From Eledone cirrhosa (lineage: Eukaryota): a stretch of 64,000 nucleotides of DNA. A model generated the notes under the pieces. The model made no database searches and was not told the origin of the DNA. It saw only the letters and a program-made list of their open reading frames with translations. Shown piece after piece: positions 24,190 to 41,285 of the stretch. The DNA is taken from assembly GCA_964016885.1 (NCBI GenBank), contig OZ024742.1, positions 357,182,001-357,246,000 of the forward strand, written 5' to 3'. Every line of letters begins with the position of its first letter. Position 1 is the first letter of the stretch. Both the position numbers and the translations under genes were made by a program.

Positions 24190-25217
24190 CTAGCCTAGCT
24201 TGTCCACCACTAAAGGCTTCTCCCTATGTATACTAGAATAACTGTAAGGTGTCTGTGTGTGAAGTGTGGTGCTACATGGTAGTGATGCATGGGTTAAGAT
24301 AGCAGAGGACATGTGGTGCTGCATGGTAGTGAAACATGGGGTATGATAGCAGAGGACATGTGGTGCTGCATGGTAGTGAAACATGGGGTATGATAGCAGA
24401 GGACATGTGGTGCCGCATGGTAGTGAAACATGGGGTATGATAGCAGAGGACATGTGGTGCTGCATGGTAGTGAAACATGGGGTATGATAGCAGAGGACAT
24501 GTGGTGCTGCATGGTAGTGAAACATGGGGTATGATAGCAGAGGACATGTGGTGCTGCATGGTAGTGAAACATGGGTTGTGACTACAGGTGACATGTGGTG
24601 CCGCATGGTAGTGAAACATGGGGTATGATAGCAGAGGACATGTGGTGCTGCATGGTAGTGAAACATGGGGTATGATAGCAGAGGACATGTGGTGCTGCAT
24701 GGTAGTGAAACATGGGTTGTGACTACAGGTGACATGTGGTGCTGCATGGTAGTGAGACATGGGCTGTGACTGCAGAGGACATGTGGTGCTGCATGGTAGT
24801 GAGACATGGGTTATGACTGCAGAGGACATGTGTGGACTGGAGAGAAATGAAGCAACCATACTCTGTTGGGTGGTGCCATGTAAATGTGAGAGAAAGGCAG
24901 AGCTTGGACAAGTTGAGGGAGAAGCTGAATTGGAGAGGAATCCAAAGTGGTGTGCAGGAAAGAAGACTGCACTGGTATGGACATGTGATGTGCATGGACA
25001 ATGAATGGTGGGTAAAGAGGTGCCTGGAAATCCCAGTGGAAGGAAGCTGCAGTAGAGGTAGACCAAGGAAGACCTGCGCAGAGTTTGTGAGAGCTGATCT
25101 CAAATCACTAAGACTTACATAGGAGATGACAAAGAAACGTGAAGAATGGAGAGATTCTATGCTGAGAAGAACCCGCCTAACCCATGGAAGTGTGGAAAAG
25201 TGGACATAAGAACGATA

Positions 25218-25235
<18 letters not shown>
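24190..25235 (+). mobile_element. RTE 3' fragment containing an internal minisatellite
   Basis: KGFSL...VVLHGSETW...ERNEA...RRLHWYGHV...GRPRKT, with a (GAT)n tail. Confidence 0.88.
24265..24830 (+). repeat. 47-bp minisatellite (~12 copies) derived from the RTE LHGSETW segment
   Basis: Unit ggacatgtggtgctgcatggtagtgaaacatggggtatgatagcaga, continuous with RTE sequence on both sides. Confidence 0.92.
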
Positions 25236-25249
<14 letters not shown>

Positions 25250-25253
<4 letters not shown>

Positions 25254-25445
25254 CACAAGGCCAGCAATTTAGGAGATGAAAAGGTTGCTGAAATCAATCC
25301 CTGTACTTGACTGCTACTTTATTTTATTGACTCCAGAAGATGAAAGTCAAAGTTTATCTCAGAAGGATGTGAATTGAGTAAAGATCTGCCACCAAATACT
25401 ATGTAGCATTTTGTTTGGTGCTCTTCAGATTCTGCCAATCCATTT
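25250..25445 (-). mobile_element. Degraded S1-related SINE
   Basis: gcacaaggccagcaatt...tactttattttattgac...gatgaaagtcaaagtt...ctgccaatcca. Confidence 0.65.
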
Positions 25446-25724
25446 CCTAGGATGATGATAATAATATATGCAAGGCTGGATTTAATGAGACACAAAAGAT
25501 GCAATTGCACCGGGCCGCCTGCAATGGAGGCCCTACTAGCGATGAACGTAGCAATTTATTTGAGCCTTCAGCTGGCTTTTAAGATTTAGGATGGGTAGAA
25601 TTTTTAATTTAATACCTGTATGAATTACTTTTCATTTCCAATTACTTGCACCCATCTGACTTTGGTATGTAAAATTGGGGGAGGTTGTTGTGTATTCAAT
25701 GTTTTGAAAACCTCTCACATGGCA

Positions 25725-26929
25725 TTGGTCAGTTGTATGTTATAGTAGAAAACCTCTCATAGGACATAGGTCAGTTGGATGTTGTTGTAGAAAACCTCTC
25801 ATAGGACATAGGTCAGTTGTATGTTATAGTAGAAAACCTCTCATAGGGCATAGGTCAGTTGGATGTTGTTGTAGAAAACCTCTCATAGGGCATTGGTCAG
25901 TTGGATGTTATAGTAGAAAACCTCTCATAGGGCATAGGTCAGTTGGATGTTGTTGTAGAAAACCTCTCATAGGGCATTGGTCAGTTGGATGTTATAGTAG
26001 AAAACCTCTCATAGGGCATAGGTCAGTTGGATGTTGTTGTAGAAAACCTCTCATAGGGCATTGGTCAGTTGGATGTTATAGTAGAAAACCTCTCATAGGG
26101 CATAGGTCAGTTGGATGTTGTTGTAGAAAACCTCTCATAGGGCATTGGTCAGTTGGATGTTATAGTAGAAAACCTCTCATAGGGCATAGGTCAGTTGGAT
26201 GTTGTTGTAGAAAACCTCTCATAGGGCATTGGTCAGTTGGATGTTATAGTAGAAAACCTCTCATAGGGCATAGGTCAGTTGGATGTTGTTGTAGAAAACC
26301 TCTCATAGGGCATTGGTCAGTTGGATGTTGTTGTAGAAAACCTCTCATAGGGCATTGGTCAGTTGGATGTTATAGTAGAAAACCTCTCATAGGACATAGG
26401 TCAGTTGGATGTTGTTGTAGAAAACCTCTCATAGGGCATTGGTCAGTTGGATGTTGTTGTAGAAAACCTCTCATAGGGCATTGGTCAGTTGGATGTTATA
26501 GTAGAAAACCTCTCATAGGACATAGGTCAGTTGGATGTTGTTGTAGAAAACCTCTCATAGGGCATTGGTCAGTTGGATGTTATAGTAGAAAACCTCTCAT
26601 AGGGCATAGGTCAGTTGGATGTTGTTGTAGAAAACCTCTCATAGGGCATTGGTCAGTTGGATGTTATAGTAGAAAACCTCTCATAGGACATAGGTCAGTT
26701 GGATGTTGTTGTAGAAAACCTCTCATAGGGCATTGGTCAGTTGGATGTTGTTGTAGAAAACCTCTCATAGGGCATTGGTCAGTTGGATGTTGTTGTAGAA
26801 AACCTCTCATAGGGCATTGGTCAGTTGGATGTTGTTGTAGAAAACCTCTCATAGGGCATTGGTCAGTTGGATGTTGTTGTAGAAAACCTCTCATAGGGCA
26901 TTGGTCAGTTGGATGCTGTTGTAGAAAAC
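25725..26929. repeat. 42-bp minisatellite (~28 copies) with alternating dimer variants
   Basis: Unit gtagaaaacctctcatagggca(t/a)ggtcagttggatgtt(gtt/ata). Confidence 0.95.
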
Positions 26930-27019
26930 ATTTCTACAAACTAACACACAAAAGATCCCAGGACCATTTGGCTGGTGAAAGAAAATTATTAACCACAGTA
27001 CCATGGCTCTGCTTAGCAC

Positions 27020-27165
27020 TAGGGAGGGCATCCACCTGTAGAAACAAAGCCAAAATCAGTTCTACATAAGCAAGACATGGTCACCTGACCTGGCATTAAT
27101 CACAACAGGATAACTACTCTAAACTATGTCAGTGTAGAAAAATTTAGATGATGATGGTGATGATA
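27020..27165 (+). mobile_element. RTE 3' UTR fragment
   Basis: gagggcatccacctgtagaaacaaagccaaaatca... with a (GAT)n tail; matches 8605-8738. Confidence 0.7.
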
Positions 27166-28782
27166 GTTACAGGGCAATGGCTGCCAGCCTCAGTTGAGCA
27201 TATGTAAATATGAGATTTTGGTTACATTCAGAGCTCAATCTCCTTCCTTATTTCATTTTCCCTTTAATCCTGAACAAATCTATAAACTGGTATCAGTGAA
27301 GTGGTTGTACAGATACAAACAACTATACCTTTGATACCGTCATTGATTATATATCTAATTAATGAGAGGAACCAGTCAAAGGAGAGCATTAAACATGACA
27401 TACACACACTGAGGGGGATAAACACATACACACACATGCAGGCATAAACACATACACATACATGCAGGCATAAGCACATACACACACACAGGCATAAGCA
27501 CATATAACTGACAGACATAAGCACATTTACAGACACACACACAGACATAAGCACATATACAGACACACACACAGACATAAGCACATATACAGAAACATAC
27601 ACAGGCATAAGCACATATACAGACACATACACAGACATAAGCACATATACAGACACATACACAGACATAAGTACATATACAGACACACACACAGACATAA
27701 GCACATATACAGACACACACACAGACATAAGTACATATACAGACACATACACAGACATAAGTACACATACACACACATACACAGACATAAGCACATATAC
27801 AGACACACACACAGACAGAAGCACATATACAGACACACACAGACATAAGCACATATACAGACACATACACAGACATAAGCACATATACAGACACATACAC
27901 AGACATAAGCACATATACAGACACATACACAGACATAAGCACATATACAGACACATACACAGACATAAGCACATATACAGACACATACACAGACATAAGC
28001 ACATATACAGACACATACACAGACATAAGCACATATACAGACACACACACAGACATAAGTACATATACAGACACATACACAGACATAAGCACATATACAG
28101 ACACATACACAGACATAAGCACATATACAGACACATACACAGACATAAGCACATATACAGACACATACACAGACATAAGCACATATACAGACACATACAC
28201 AGACATAAGCACATATACAGACACACACACAGACATAAGTACATATACAGACACACACACAGACATAAGCACATATACAGACACATACACAGACATAAGC
28301 ACACATACAGACACACACACAGGCATAAGCACATATACAGACACACACACAGACATAAGTACATATACAGACACACACACAGACATAAGCACATATACAG
28401 ACACATACACAGACATAAGCACATCTACAGACACACACAGACATAAGTACATATACAGACACACACAGACATAAGCACACATACAGACACACACACAGAC
28501 ATAAGCACACATACAGACACATACACAGACATAAGCACACATACAGACACACACACAGACATAAGCACATATATAGACACACACAGACATAAGCACATAT
28601 ACAGACACACACAGACATAAGCACATCTACAGACACACACAGACATAAGCACACATACAGACACATACACAGACATAAGTACATAGACAGACACATACAC
28701 AGACATAAGTACATATACAGACACACACACAGACATAAACACATATATAGACACACACAGACATAAGGACATATACAGACAC

Positions 28783-29173
28783 ATACAAAGTAAAACCTAC
28801 TACAGTCAGTAGGCATTTCTAACAAAATACACCTCCGTCCCACCACCGCCACCCCATCCACACCGCCCCTTTCAATGTAAAGTTATGTTGGTGCCACAAA
28901 ATCCAGGCCGAAACAAATGAGGTCGTGTAGGTGTCACGTCAAAAAAACACACAGTTCACGCTGTAATGTGGCCGTGTAGGCAACACGGTAAAAACCTCCC
29001 AGCCTCACACCATAAATGTGGCTGGTGTTAGGAAGGGCATCCAGCTGTAGAAAACCCGCCAGATAGTCCTATGCGAGCAAGACAATCACTCTTGCCTGAA
29101 ATGGGACTACCCCCGTCCAAACCCATGCAAGCGTGGAACACGGACGTTAAACGTTGATGATAATGATGATGAT
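28783..29173 (+). mobile_element. RTE 3' end embedded in the satellite (copy 1)
   Basis: Starts atacaaagtaaaacctactacagtcagtag (QSKTYYSQ*), then 3' UTR and (GAT)n. Closely matches the reverse complement of 16590-16983. Confidence 0.93.
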
Positions 29174-32100
29174 ACACAGACATAAGCACATATACAGACA
29201 CACACACAGACATAAGTACATATACAAACACACACACAGGCATAAGCACATATACAGACACACACAGACATAAGCCCATATACAGACACACACACAGGCA
29301 TAAGCACATATACAGACACATACACAGACATAAGTACATATACAGACACACACACAGACATAAGTACATATACAGACACACACAGACATAAGCACATATA
29401 CAAACACACACACAGACATAAGCACATATACAGACACACACACAGACACAAGCACATATACAGACACATACACAGGCATAAGTACATATACAAACACACA
29501 CACAGGCATAAGCACATATACAGACACACACAGACATAAGCACATATACAGACACACACACAGGCATAAGCACATATACAGACACATACACAGACATAAG
29601 TACATATACAGACACACACACAGACATAAGTACATATACAGACACACACAGACATAAGCACATATACAAACACACACACAGACATAAGCACATATACAGA
29701 CACACACACAGACACAAGCACATATACAGACACATACACAGGCATAAGCACATATACAGACACATACACAGGCATATGCACATATACAGACACATACACA
29801 GACATAAGCATATATACAGACACATACACAGACATAAGCACATATATAGACACACACAGACATAAGCAGATATACAGACACACACACAGACATAAGCACG
29901 TATACAGACACACACACAGACATAAGCATATATACAGACACATACACAGACATAAGCACATATATAGACACACACAGACATAAGCAGATATACAGACACA
30001 TACACAGACATAAGTACATATACAGACACACACTCAGACATAAGCACATATACAGACACATACACAGGCATAAGCACATATACAGACACATACACAGGCA
30101 TAAGCACATATACAGACACATACACAGACATAAGCACATATATAGACACACACACAGACATAAGCAGATATACAGACACACACACAGGCATAAGCACATA
30201 TACAGACACATACACAGGCATAAGCACATATACAGACACATACACAGACATAAGCACATATACAGACACATACACAGACATAAGTACATAGACAGACACA
30301 TACACAGGCATAAGCACATATACAGACACACACACAGACATAAGCACATATACAGACACATACACAGACATAAGCACATATACAGACACACATACACAGA
30401 CATAAGCACATATACAGACACATACACAGACATAAGCACATATACAGACACACACACAGACATAAGCACATATACAGACACATACACAGACATAAGCACA
30501 TAGACAGTCACATACACAGACATAAGCACATATACAGACACACACACAGACATAAGCACACATACAGACACATACACAGACATAAGCACATATACAGACA
30601 CATACACAGGCATAAGCACATCTACAGACACATACACAGACATAAGCACATATACAGACACACACACAGACATAAGTACATATACAGACACATACACAGA
30701 CATAAGCACATCTACAGACACACACACAGACATAAGCACATATACAGACACATACACAGACATAAGCACATCTACAGACACACACACAGACATAAGCACA
30801 TATACAGACACATACACAGACATAAGCACATATACAGACACACACACAGACATAAGCACATATACAGATACACACACAGACATAAGTACATAGACAGACA
30901 CATACACAGACATAAGCACACATACAGACACACACACAGACATAAGCACACATACAGACACATACACAGACATAAGCACATATACAGACACACACACACA
31001 CAGACATAAGCACATATACTGACACACACACAGACATAAGCACACATACAGACACATACACAGACATAAGCACATATACAGACACACACAGACATAAGCA
31101 CATCTACAGACACATACACATACATAAGCACATCTACAGACACATACACAGACATAAGCACATCTACAGACACACACACAGACATAAGCACATATACAGA
31201 CACATACACAGGCATAAGCACATATACAGACACACACAGACATAAGCACGCATACAGAAACACACAGACATAAGCACATCTACAGACACATACACAGACA
31301 TAAGCACATATACAGACACATACACAGACATAAGCACATATACAGACACACACACGGACATAAGTACATATACAGACACACACACAGACATAAGCACATA
31401 TACAGACACACACAGACATAAGTACATATACAGACACACACAGACATAAGCACATATACAGACACATACACAGACATAAGCACATATACAGACACATACA
31501 CAGATATAAGCACATATACAGACATATACACAGACATAAGCACATATACAGACACATACACAGACATAAGCACATATATAGACACACACAGACATAAGCA
31601 CATATACAGACACATACACAGACATAAGCACATATACAGACACATACACAGGCATAAGCACATATACAGACACATACACAGGCATAAGCACATATACAGA
31701 CACATATACAGACATAAGCACATATACAGACACATACACAGACATAAGCACATATACAGACACACACAGACATAAGCACACATACATACACAGACATAAG
31801 CACATATACAGACACAAACACAGACATAAGCACATATACAGACACATACACAGACATAAACACATATACAGACAGACACACAGTCATAAGCACATATACA
31901 GACACATACACAGACATAAGCACAAATATAGACACACACAGACATAAGCACATATACAGACACATACACAGACATAAGCACATATACAGACACATACACA
32001 GACATAAGCACACATAAAGACACACACACAGACATAAGCACATATACAGACACACACACAGACATAAGCACATATACAGACACATACACAGACATAAGCA

Positions 32101-34719
32101 CATATACAGACACATACACAGACATAAGCACATATACAGACACATACACAGACATAAGCACATATACAGACACATACACAGACATAAGCACATATACAGA
32201 CACATACACAGACATAAGCACATCTACAGACACATACACAGACATAAGCACATATACAGACACATACACAGACATAAGCACACATACATACACAGACATA
32301 AGCACATCTACAGACACACACACAGACATAAGCACATATACAGACACATACACAGACATAAGCACATATACAGACACACACACAGACATAAGTACATATA
32401 CAGACACACACACAGACATAAGCACATATACAGACACATACACAGACATAAGCACATCTACAGACACACACACAGACATAAGCACATATACAGACACATA
32501 CACAGACATAAGCACATATACAGACACACACACAGACATAAGCACATATACAGATACACACACAGACATAAGTACATAGACAGACACATACACAGACATA
32601 AGCACACATACAGACACACACACAGACATAAGCACACATACAGACACATACACAGACATAAGCACATATACAGACACACACACACACAGACATAAGCACA
32701 TATACTGACACACACACAGACATAAGCACACATACAGACACATACACAGACATAAGCACATATACAGACACACACAGACATAAGCACATCTACAGACACA
32801 TACACATACATAAGCACATCTACAGACACATACACAGACATAAGCACATCTACAGACACACACACAGACATAAGCACATATACAGACACATACACAGGCA
32901 TAAGCACATATACAGACACACACAGACATAAGCACGCATACAGAAACACACAGACATAAGCACATCTACAGACACATACACAGACATAAGCACATATACA
33001 GACACATACACAGACATAAGCACATATACAGACACACACACGGACATAAGTACATATACAGACACACACACAGACATAAGCACATATACAGACACACACA
33101 GACATAAGTACATATACAGACACACACAGACATAAGCACATATACAGACACATACACAGACATAAGCACATATACAGACACATACACAGACATAAGCACA
33201 TATACAGACATATACACAGACATAAGCACATATACAGACACATACACAGACATAAGCACATATACAGACACATACACAGGCATAAGCACATATACAGACA
33301 CATACACAGACATAAGCACATATACAGACACACACAGACATAAGCACACATACATACACAGACATAAGCACATATACAGACACATACACAGACATAAGCA
33401 CATATACAGACACAAACACAGACATAAGCACATATACAGACACATACACAGACATAAACACATATACAGACAGACACACAGTCATAAGCACATATACAGA
33501 CACATACACAGACATAAGCACATATACAGACACATACACAGACATAAGCACATATACAGACACATACACAGACATAAGCACATATACAGACACATACACA
33601 GACATAAGCACATATACAGACACATACACAGACATAAGCACATATACAGACACATACACAGACATAAGCACATATACAGACACATACACAGACATAAGCA
33701 CATATACAGACACATACACAGACATAAGCACATATACAGACACATACACAGACATAAGCACATATACAGACACATACACAGACATAAGCACATATACAGA
33801 CACACACACAGACATAAGTACATATACAGACACACACACAGACATAAGCACATATACAGACACACACACAGACATAAGCACATATACAGACACATACACA
33901 GACATAAGCACACATACAGACACACACACAGACATAAGCACATATATAGACACATACACAGACATAAGCACATAGACAGTCACATACACAGACATAAGCA
34001 CATATACAGACACATACACAGACATAAGCACATAGACAGTCGCATACACAGACATAAGCACACATACAGACACACACACAGGCATAAGCACATATACAGA
34101 GACACACACAGACATAAGTACATATACAGACACATACACAGACATAAGCACATAGACAGTCACATACACAGACATAAGCACATATACAGACACATACACA
34201 GACATAAGCACATAGACAGTCGCATACACAGACATAAGCACACATACAGACACACACACAGGCATAAGCACATATACAGACACACACAGACATAAGTACA
34301 TATACAGACACACACACAGACATAAGCACATATACAGACACATACACAGACATAAGCACATCTACAGACACACACAGACATAAGTACATATACAGACACA
34401 CACAGACATAAGCACACATACAGACACACACACAGACATAAGCACACATACAGACACATACACAGACATAAGCACACATACAGACACACACACAGACATA
34501 AGCACATATATAGACACACACAGACATAAGCACATATACAGACACACACAGACATAAGCACATCTACAGACACACACAGACATAAGCACACATACAGACA
34601 CATACACAGACATAAGTACATAGACAGACACATACACAGACATAAGTACATATACAGACACACACACAGACATAAACACATATATAGACACACACAGACA
34701 TAAGGACATATACTGACAC

Positions 34720-35110
34720 ATACAAAGTAAAACCTACTACAGTCAGTAGGCATTTCTAACAAAATACACCTCCGTCCCACCACCGCCACCCCATCCACAC
34801 CGCCCCTTTCAATGTAAAGTTATGTTGGTGCCACAAAATCCAGGCCGAAACAAATGAGGTCGTGTAGGTGTCACGTCAAAAAAACACACAGTTCACGCTG
34901 TAATGTGGCCGTGTAGGCAACACGGTAAAAACCTCCCAGCCTCACACCATAAATGTGGCTGGTGTTAGGAAGGGCATCCAGCTGTAGAAAACCCGCCAGA
35001 TAGTCCTATGCGAGCAAGACAATCACTCTTGCCTGAAATGGGACTACCCCCGTCCAAACCCATGCAAGCGTGGAACACGGACGTTAAACGTTGATGATGA
35101 TGATGATGAT
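34720..35110 (+). mobile_element. RTE 3' end embedded in the satellite (copy 2)
   Basis: Essentially identical to copy 1, with the same junctions. Confidence 0.93.
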
Positions 35111-38100
35111 ACACAGACATAAGCACATATACAGACACACACACAGACATAAGTACATATACAAACACACACACAGGCATAAGCACATATACAGACACAC
35201 ACAGACATAAGCACATATACAGACACACACACAGGCATAAGCACATATACAGACACATACACAGACATAAGCACATATACAGACACACACACAGACATAA
35301 GTACATATACAAACACACACACAGGCATAAGCACATATACAGACACACACAGACATAAGCACATATACAGACACACACACAGGCATAAGCACATATACAG
35401 ACACATACACAGACATAAGTACATATACAGACACACACACAGACATAAGCACATATACAAACACACACACAGACATAAGCACATATACAGACACACACAC
35501 AGACACAAGCACATATACAGACACATACACAGGCATAAGCACATATACAGACACATACACAGGCATATGCACATATACAGACACATACACAGACATAAGC
35601 ATATATACAGACACATACACAGACATAAGCACATATATAGACACACACAGACATAAGCAGATATACAGACACACACACAGACATAAGCACGTATACAGAC
35701 ACACACACAGACATAAGTACATATACAGACACACACACAGACATAAGCACATATACAGACACATACACAGGCATAAGCACATATACAGACACATACACAG
35801 GCATAAGCACATATACAGACACATACACAGACATAAGCACATATATAGACACACACACAGACATAAGCAGATATACAGACACACACACAGACATAAGCAC
35901 ATATACAGACACATACACAGGCATAAGCACATATACAGACACATACACAGACATAAGCACATATACAGACACATACACAGACATAAGCACATATATAGAC
36001 ACACACACAGACATAAGCAGATATACAGACACACACACAGGCATAAGCACATATACAGACACATACACAGGCATAAGCACATATACAGACACATACACAG
36101 ACATAAGCACATATACAGACACACATACACAGACATAAGCACATATACAGACACATACACAGACATAAGCACATATACAGACACACACACAGACATAAGC
36201 ACATATACAGACACATACACAGACATAAGCACATAGACAGTCACATACACAGACATAAGCACATATACAGACACACACACAGACATAAGCACACATACAG
36301 ACACATACACAGACATAAGCACATATACAGACACATACACAGGCATAAGCACATCTACAGACACATACACAGACATAAGCACATATACAGACACACACAC
36401 AGACATAAGTACATATACAGACACATACACAGACATAAGCACATCTACAGACACACACACAGACATAAGCACATATACAGACACATACACAGACATAAGC
36501 ACATATACAGACACACACACAGACATAAGCACATATACATACACATACACAGACATAAGCACATATACAGACACACACACAGACATAAGCACATATACAG
36601 ATACACACACAGACATAAGTACATAGACAGACACATACACAGACATAAGCACACATACAGACACACACACAGACATAAGCACACATACAGACACATACAC
36701 AGACATAAGCACATATACAGACACACACACACACAGACATAAACACATATATAGACACACACAGACATAAGCACACATACAGACACATACACAGACATAA
36801 GCACATATACAGACACACACAGACATAAGCACATCTACAGACACATACACAGACATAAGCACATATACAGACACATACACAGACATAAGCACATCTACAG
36901 ACACATACACAGGCATAAGCACATATACAGACACACACAGACATAAGCACGCATACAGAAACACACAGACATAAGCACATCTACAGACACATACACAGAC
37001 ATAAGCACATATACAGACACACACAGACATAAGCACATCTACAGACACATACACAGACATAAGCACATATACAGACACATACACAGGCATAAGCACATAT
37101 ACAGACACACACAGACATAAGCACGCATACAGAAACACACAGACATAAGCACATCTACAGACAGATACACAGACATAAGCACATATACAGACACATACAC
37201 AGACATAAGCACATATACAGACACACACACGGACATAAGTACATATACAGACACACACACAGACATAAGCACATATACAGACACACACAGACATAAGTAC
37301 ATATACAGACACACACAGACATAAGTACATATACAGACACATACACAGACATAAGCACATATACAGACACATACACAGATATAAGCACATATACAGACAT
37401 ATACACAGACATAAGCACATATACAGACACATACACAGACATAAGCACATATATAGACACACACAGACATAAGCACATATACAGACACATACACAGACAT
37501 AAGCACATATACAGACACATACACAGGCATAAGCACATATACAGACACATACACAGGCATAAGCACATATACAGACACATATACAGACATAAGCACATAT
37601 ACAGACACATACACAGACATAAGCACATATACAGACACACACAGACATAAGCACACATACATACACAGACATAAGCACATATACAGACACAAACACAGAC
37701 ATAAGCACATATACAGACACATACACAGACATAAACACATATACAGACAGACACACAGTCATAAGCACATATACAGACACATACACAGACATAAGCACAA
37801 ATATAGACACACACAGACATAAGCACATATACAGACACATACACAGACATAAGCACATATACAGACACATACACAGACATAAGCACACATAAAGACACAC
37901 ACACAGACATAAGCACATATACAGACACACACACAGACATAAGCACATATACAGACACATACACAGACATAAGCACATATACAGACACATACACAGACAT
38001 AAGCACATATACAGACACATACACAGACATAAGCACATATACAGACACATACACAGACATAAGCACATATACAGACACATACACAGACATAAGCACATCT

Positions 38101-40894
38101 ACAGACACATACACAGACATAAGCACATATACAGACACATACACAGACATAAGCACACATACATACACAGACATAAGCACATCTACAGACACACACACAG
38201 ACATAAGCACATATACAGACACATACACAGACATAAGCACATATACAGACACACACACAGACATAAGTACATATACAGACACACACACAGACATAAGCAC
38301 ATATACAGACACATACACAGACATAAGCACATCTACAGACACACACACAGACATAAGCACATATACAGACACATACACAGACATAAGCACATATACAGAC
38401 ACACACACAGACATAAGCACATATACAGATACACACACAGACATAAGTACATAGACAGACACATACACAGACATAAGCACACATACAGACACACACACAG
38501 ACATAAGCACACATACAGACACATACACAGACATAAGCACATATACAGACACACACACACAGACATAAGCACATATACAGACACATACACAGACATAAGC
38601 ACATATACAGACACACACACACACAGACATAAGCACATATACTGACACACACACAGACATAAGCACACATACAGACACATACACAGACATAAGCACATAT
38701 ACAGACACACACAGACATAAGCACATCTACAGACACATACACATACATAAGCACATCTACAGACACATACACAGACATAAGCACATCTACAGACACACAC
38801 ACAGACATAAGCACATATACAGACACATACACAGGCATAAGCACATATACAGACACACACAGACATAAGCACGCATACAGAAACACACAGACATAAGCAC
38901 ATCTACAGACACATACACAGACATAAGCACATATACAGACACATACACAGACATAAGCACATATACAGACACACACACGGACATAAGTACATATACAGAC
39001 ACACACACAGACATAAGCACATATACAGACACACACAGACATAAGTACATATACAGACACACACAGACATAAGCACATATACAGACACATACACAGACAT
39101 AAGCACATATACAGACACATACACAGACATAAGCACATATACAGACATATACACAGACATAAGCACATATACAGACACATACACAGACATAAGCACATAT
39201 ATAGACACACACAGACATAAGCACATATACAGACACATACACAGACATAAGCACATATACAGACACATACACAGGCATAAGCACATATACAGACACATAC
39301 ACAGGCATAAGCACATATACAGACACATACACAGACATAAGCACATATACAGACACACACAGACATAAGCACACATACATACACAGACATAAGCACATAT
39401 ACAGACACATACACAGACATAAGCACATATACAGACACAAACACAGACATAAGCACATATACAGACACATACACAGACATAAACACATATACAGACAGAC
39501 ACACAGTCATAAGCACATATACAGACACATACACAGACATAAGCACAAATATAGACACACACAGACATAAGCACATATACAGACACATACACAGACATAA
39601 GCACATATACAGACACATACACAGACATAAGCACACATAAAGACACACACACAGACATAAGCACATATACAGACACACACACAGACATAAGCACATATAC
39701 AGACACATACACAGACATAAGCACATATACAGACACATACACAGACATAAGCACATATACAGACACATACACAGACATAAGCACATATACAGACACATAC
39801 ACAGACATAAGCACATATACAGACACATACACAGACATAAGCACATATACAGACACATACACAGACATAAGCACATATACAGACACATACACAGACATAA
39901 GCACATATACAGACACATACACAGACATAAGCACATATACAGACACATACACAGACATAAGCACATATACAGACACACACACAGACATAAGTACATATGA
40001 AGACACACACACAGACATAAGCACATATACAGACACACACACAGACATAAGCACATATACAGACACATACACAGACATAAGCACACATACAGACACACAC
40101 ACAGACATAAGCACATATATAGACACATACACAGACATAAGCACATAGACAGTCACATACACAGACATAAGCACATATACAGACACATACACAGACATAA
40201 GCACATAGACAGTCGCATACACAGACATAAGCACACATACAGACACACACACAGGCATAAGCACATATACAGACACACACACAGACATAAGTACATATAC
40301 AGACACATACACAGACATAAGCACATAGACAGTCACATACACAGACATAAGCACATATACAGACACATACACAGACATAAGCACATAGACAGTCGCATAC
40401 ACAGACATAAGCACACATACAGACACACACACAGGCATAAGCACATATACAGACACACACACAGACATAAGTACATATACAGACACACACACAGACATAA
40501 GCACATATACAGACACATACACAGACATAAGCACATCTACAGACACACACAGACATAAGTACATATACAGACACACACAGACATAAGCACACATACAGAC
40601 ACACACACAGACATAAGCACACATACAGACACATACACAGACATAAGCACACATACAGACACACACACAGACATAAGCACATATATAGACACACACAGAC
40701 ATAAGCACATATACAGACACACACAGACATAAGCACATCTACAGACACACACAGACATAAGCACACATACAGACACATACACAGACATAAGTACATAGAC
40801 AGACACATACACAGACATAAGTACATATACAGACACACACACAGACATAAACACATATATAGACACACACAGACATAAGGACATATACAGACAC

Positions 40895-41285
40895 ATACAA
40901 AGTAAAACCTACTACAGTCAGTAGGCATTTCTAACAAAATACACCTCCGTCCCACCACCGCCACCCCATCCACACCGCCCCTTTCAATGTAAAGTTATGT
41001 TGGTGCCACAAAATCCAGGCCGAAACAAATGAGGTCGTGTAGGTGTCACGTCAAAAAAACACACAGTTCACGCTGTAATGTGGCCGTGTAGGCAACACGG
41101 TAAAAACCTCCCAGCCTCACACCATAAATGTGGCTGGTGTTAGGAAGGGCATCCAGCTGTAGAAAACCCGCCAGATAGTCCTATGCGAGCAAGACAATCA
41201 CTCTTGCCTGAAATGGGACTACCCCCGTCCAAACCCATGCAAGCGTGGAACACGGACGTTAAACGTTGATGATGATGATGATGAT
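40895..41285 (+). mobile_element. RTE 3' end embedded in the satellite (copy 3)
   Basis: Essentially identical to copies 1 and 2, with the same junctions. Confidence 0.93.

Noticed and set aside
25725-26929. CRISPR-like appearance of regularly spaced repeats (also the 47- and 61-bp arrays)
   Set aside because: The units are head-to-tail with no unique spacers, there are no cas genes, and the context is eukaryotic.
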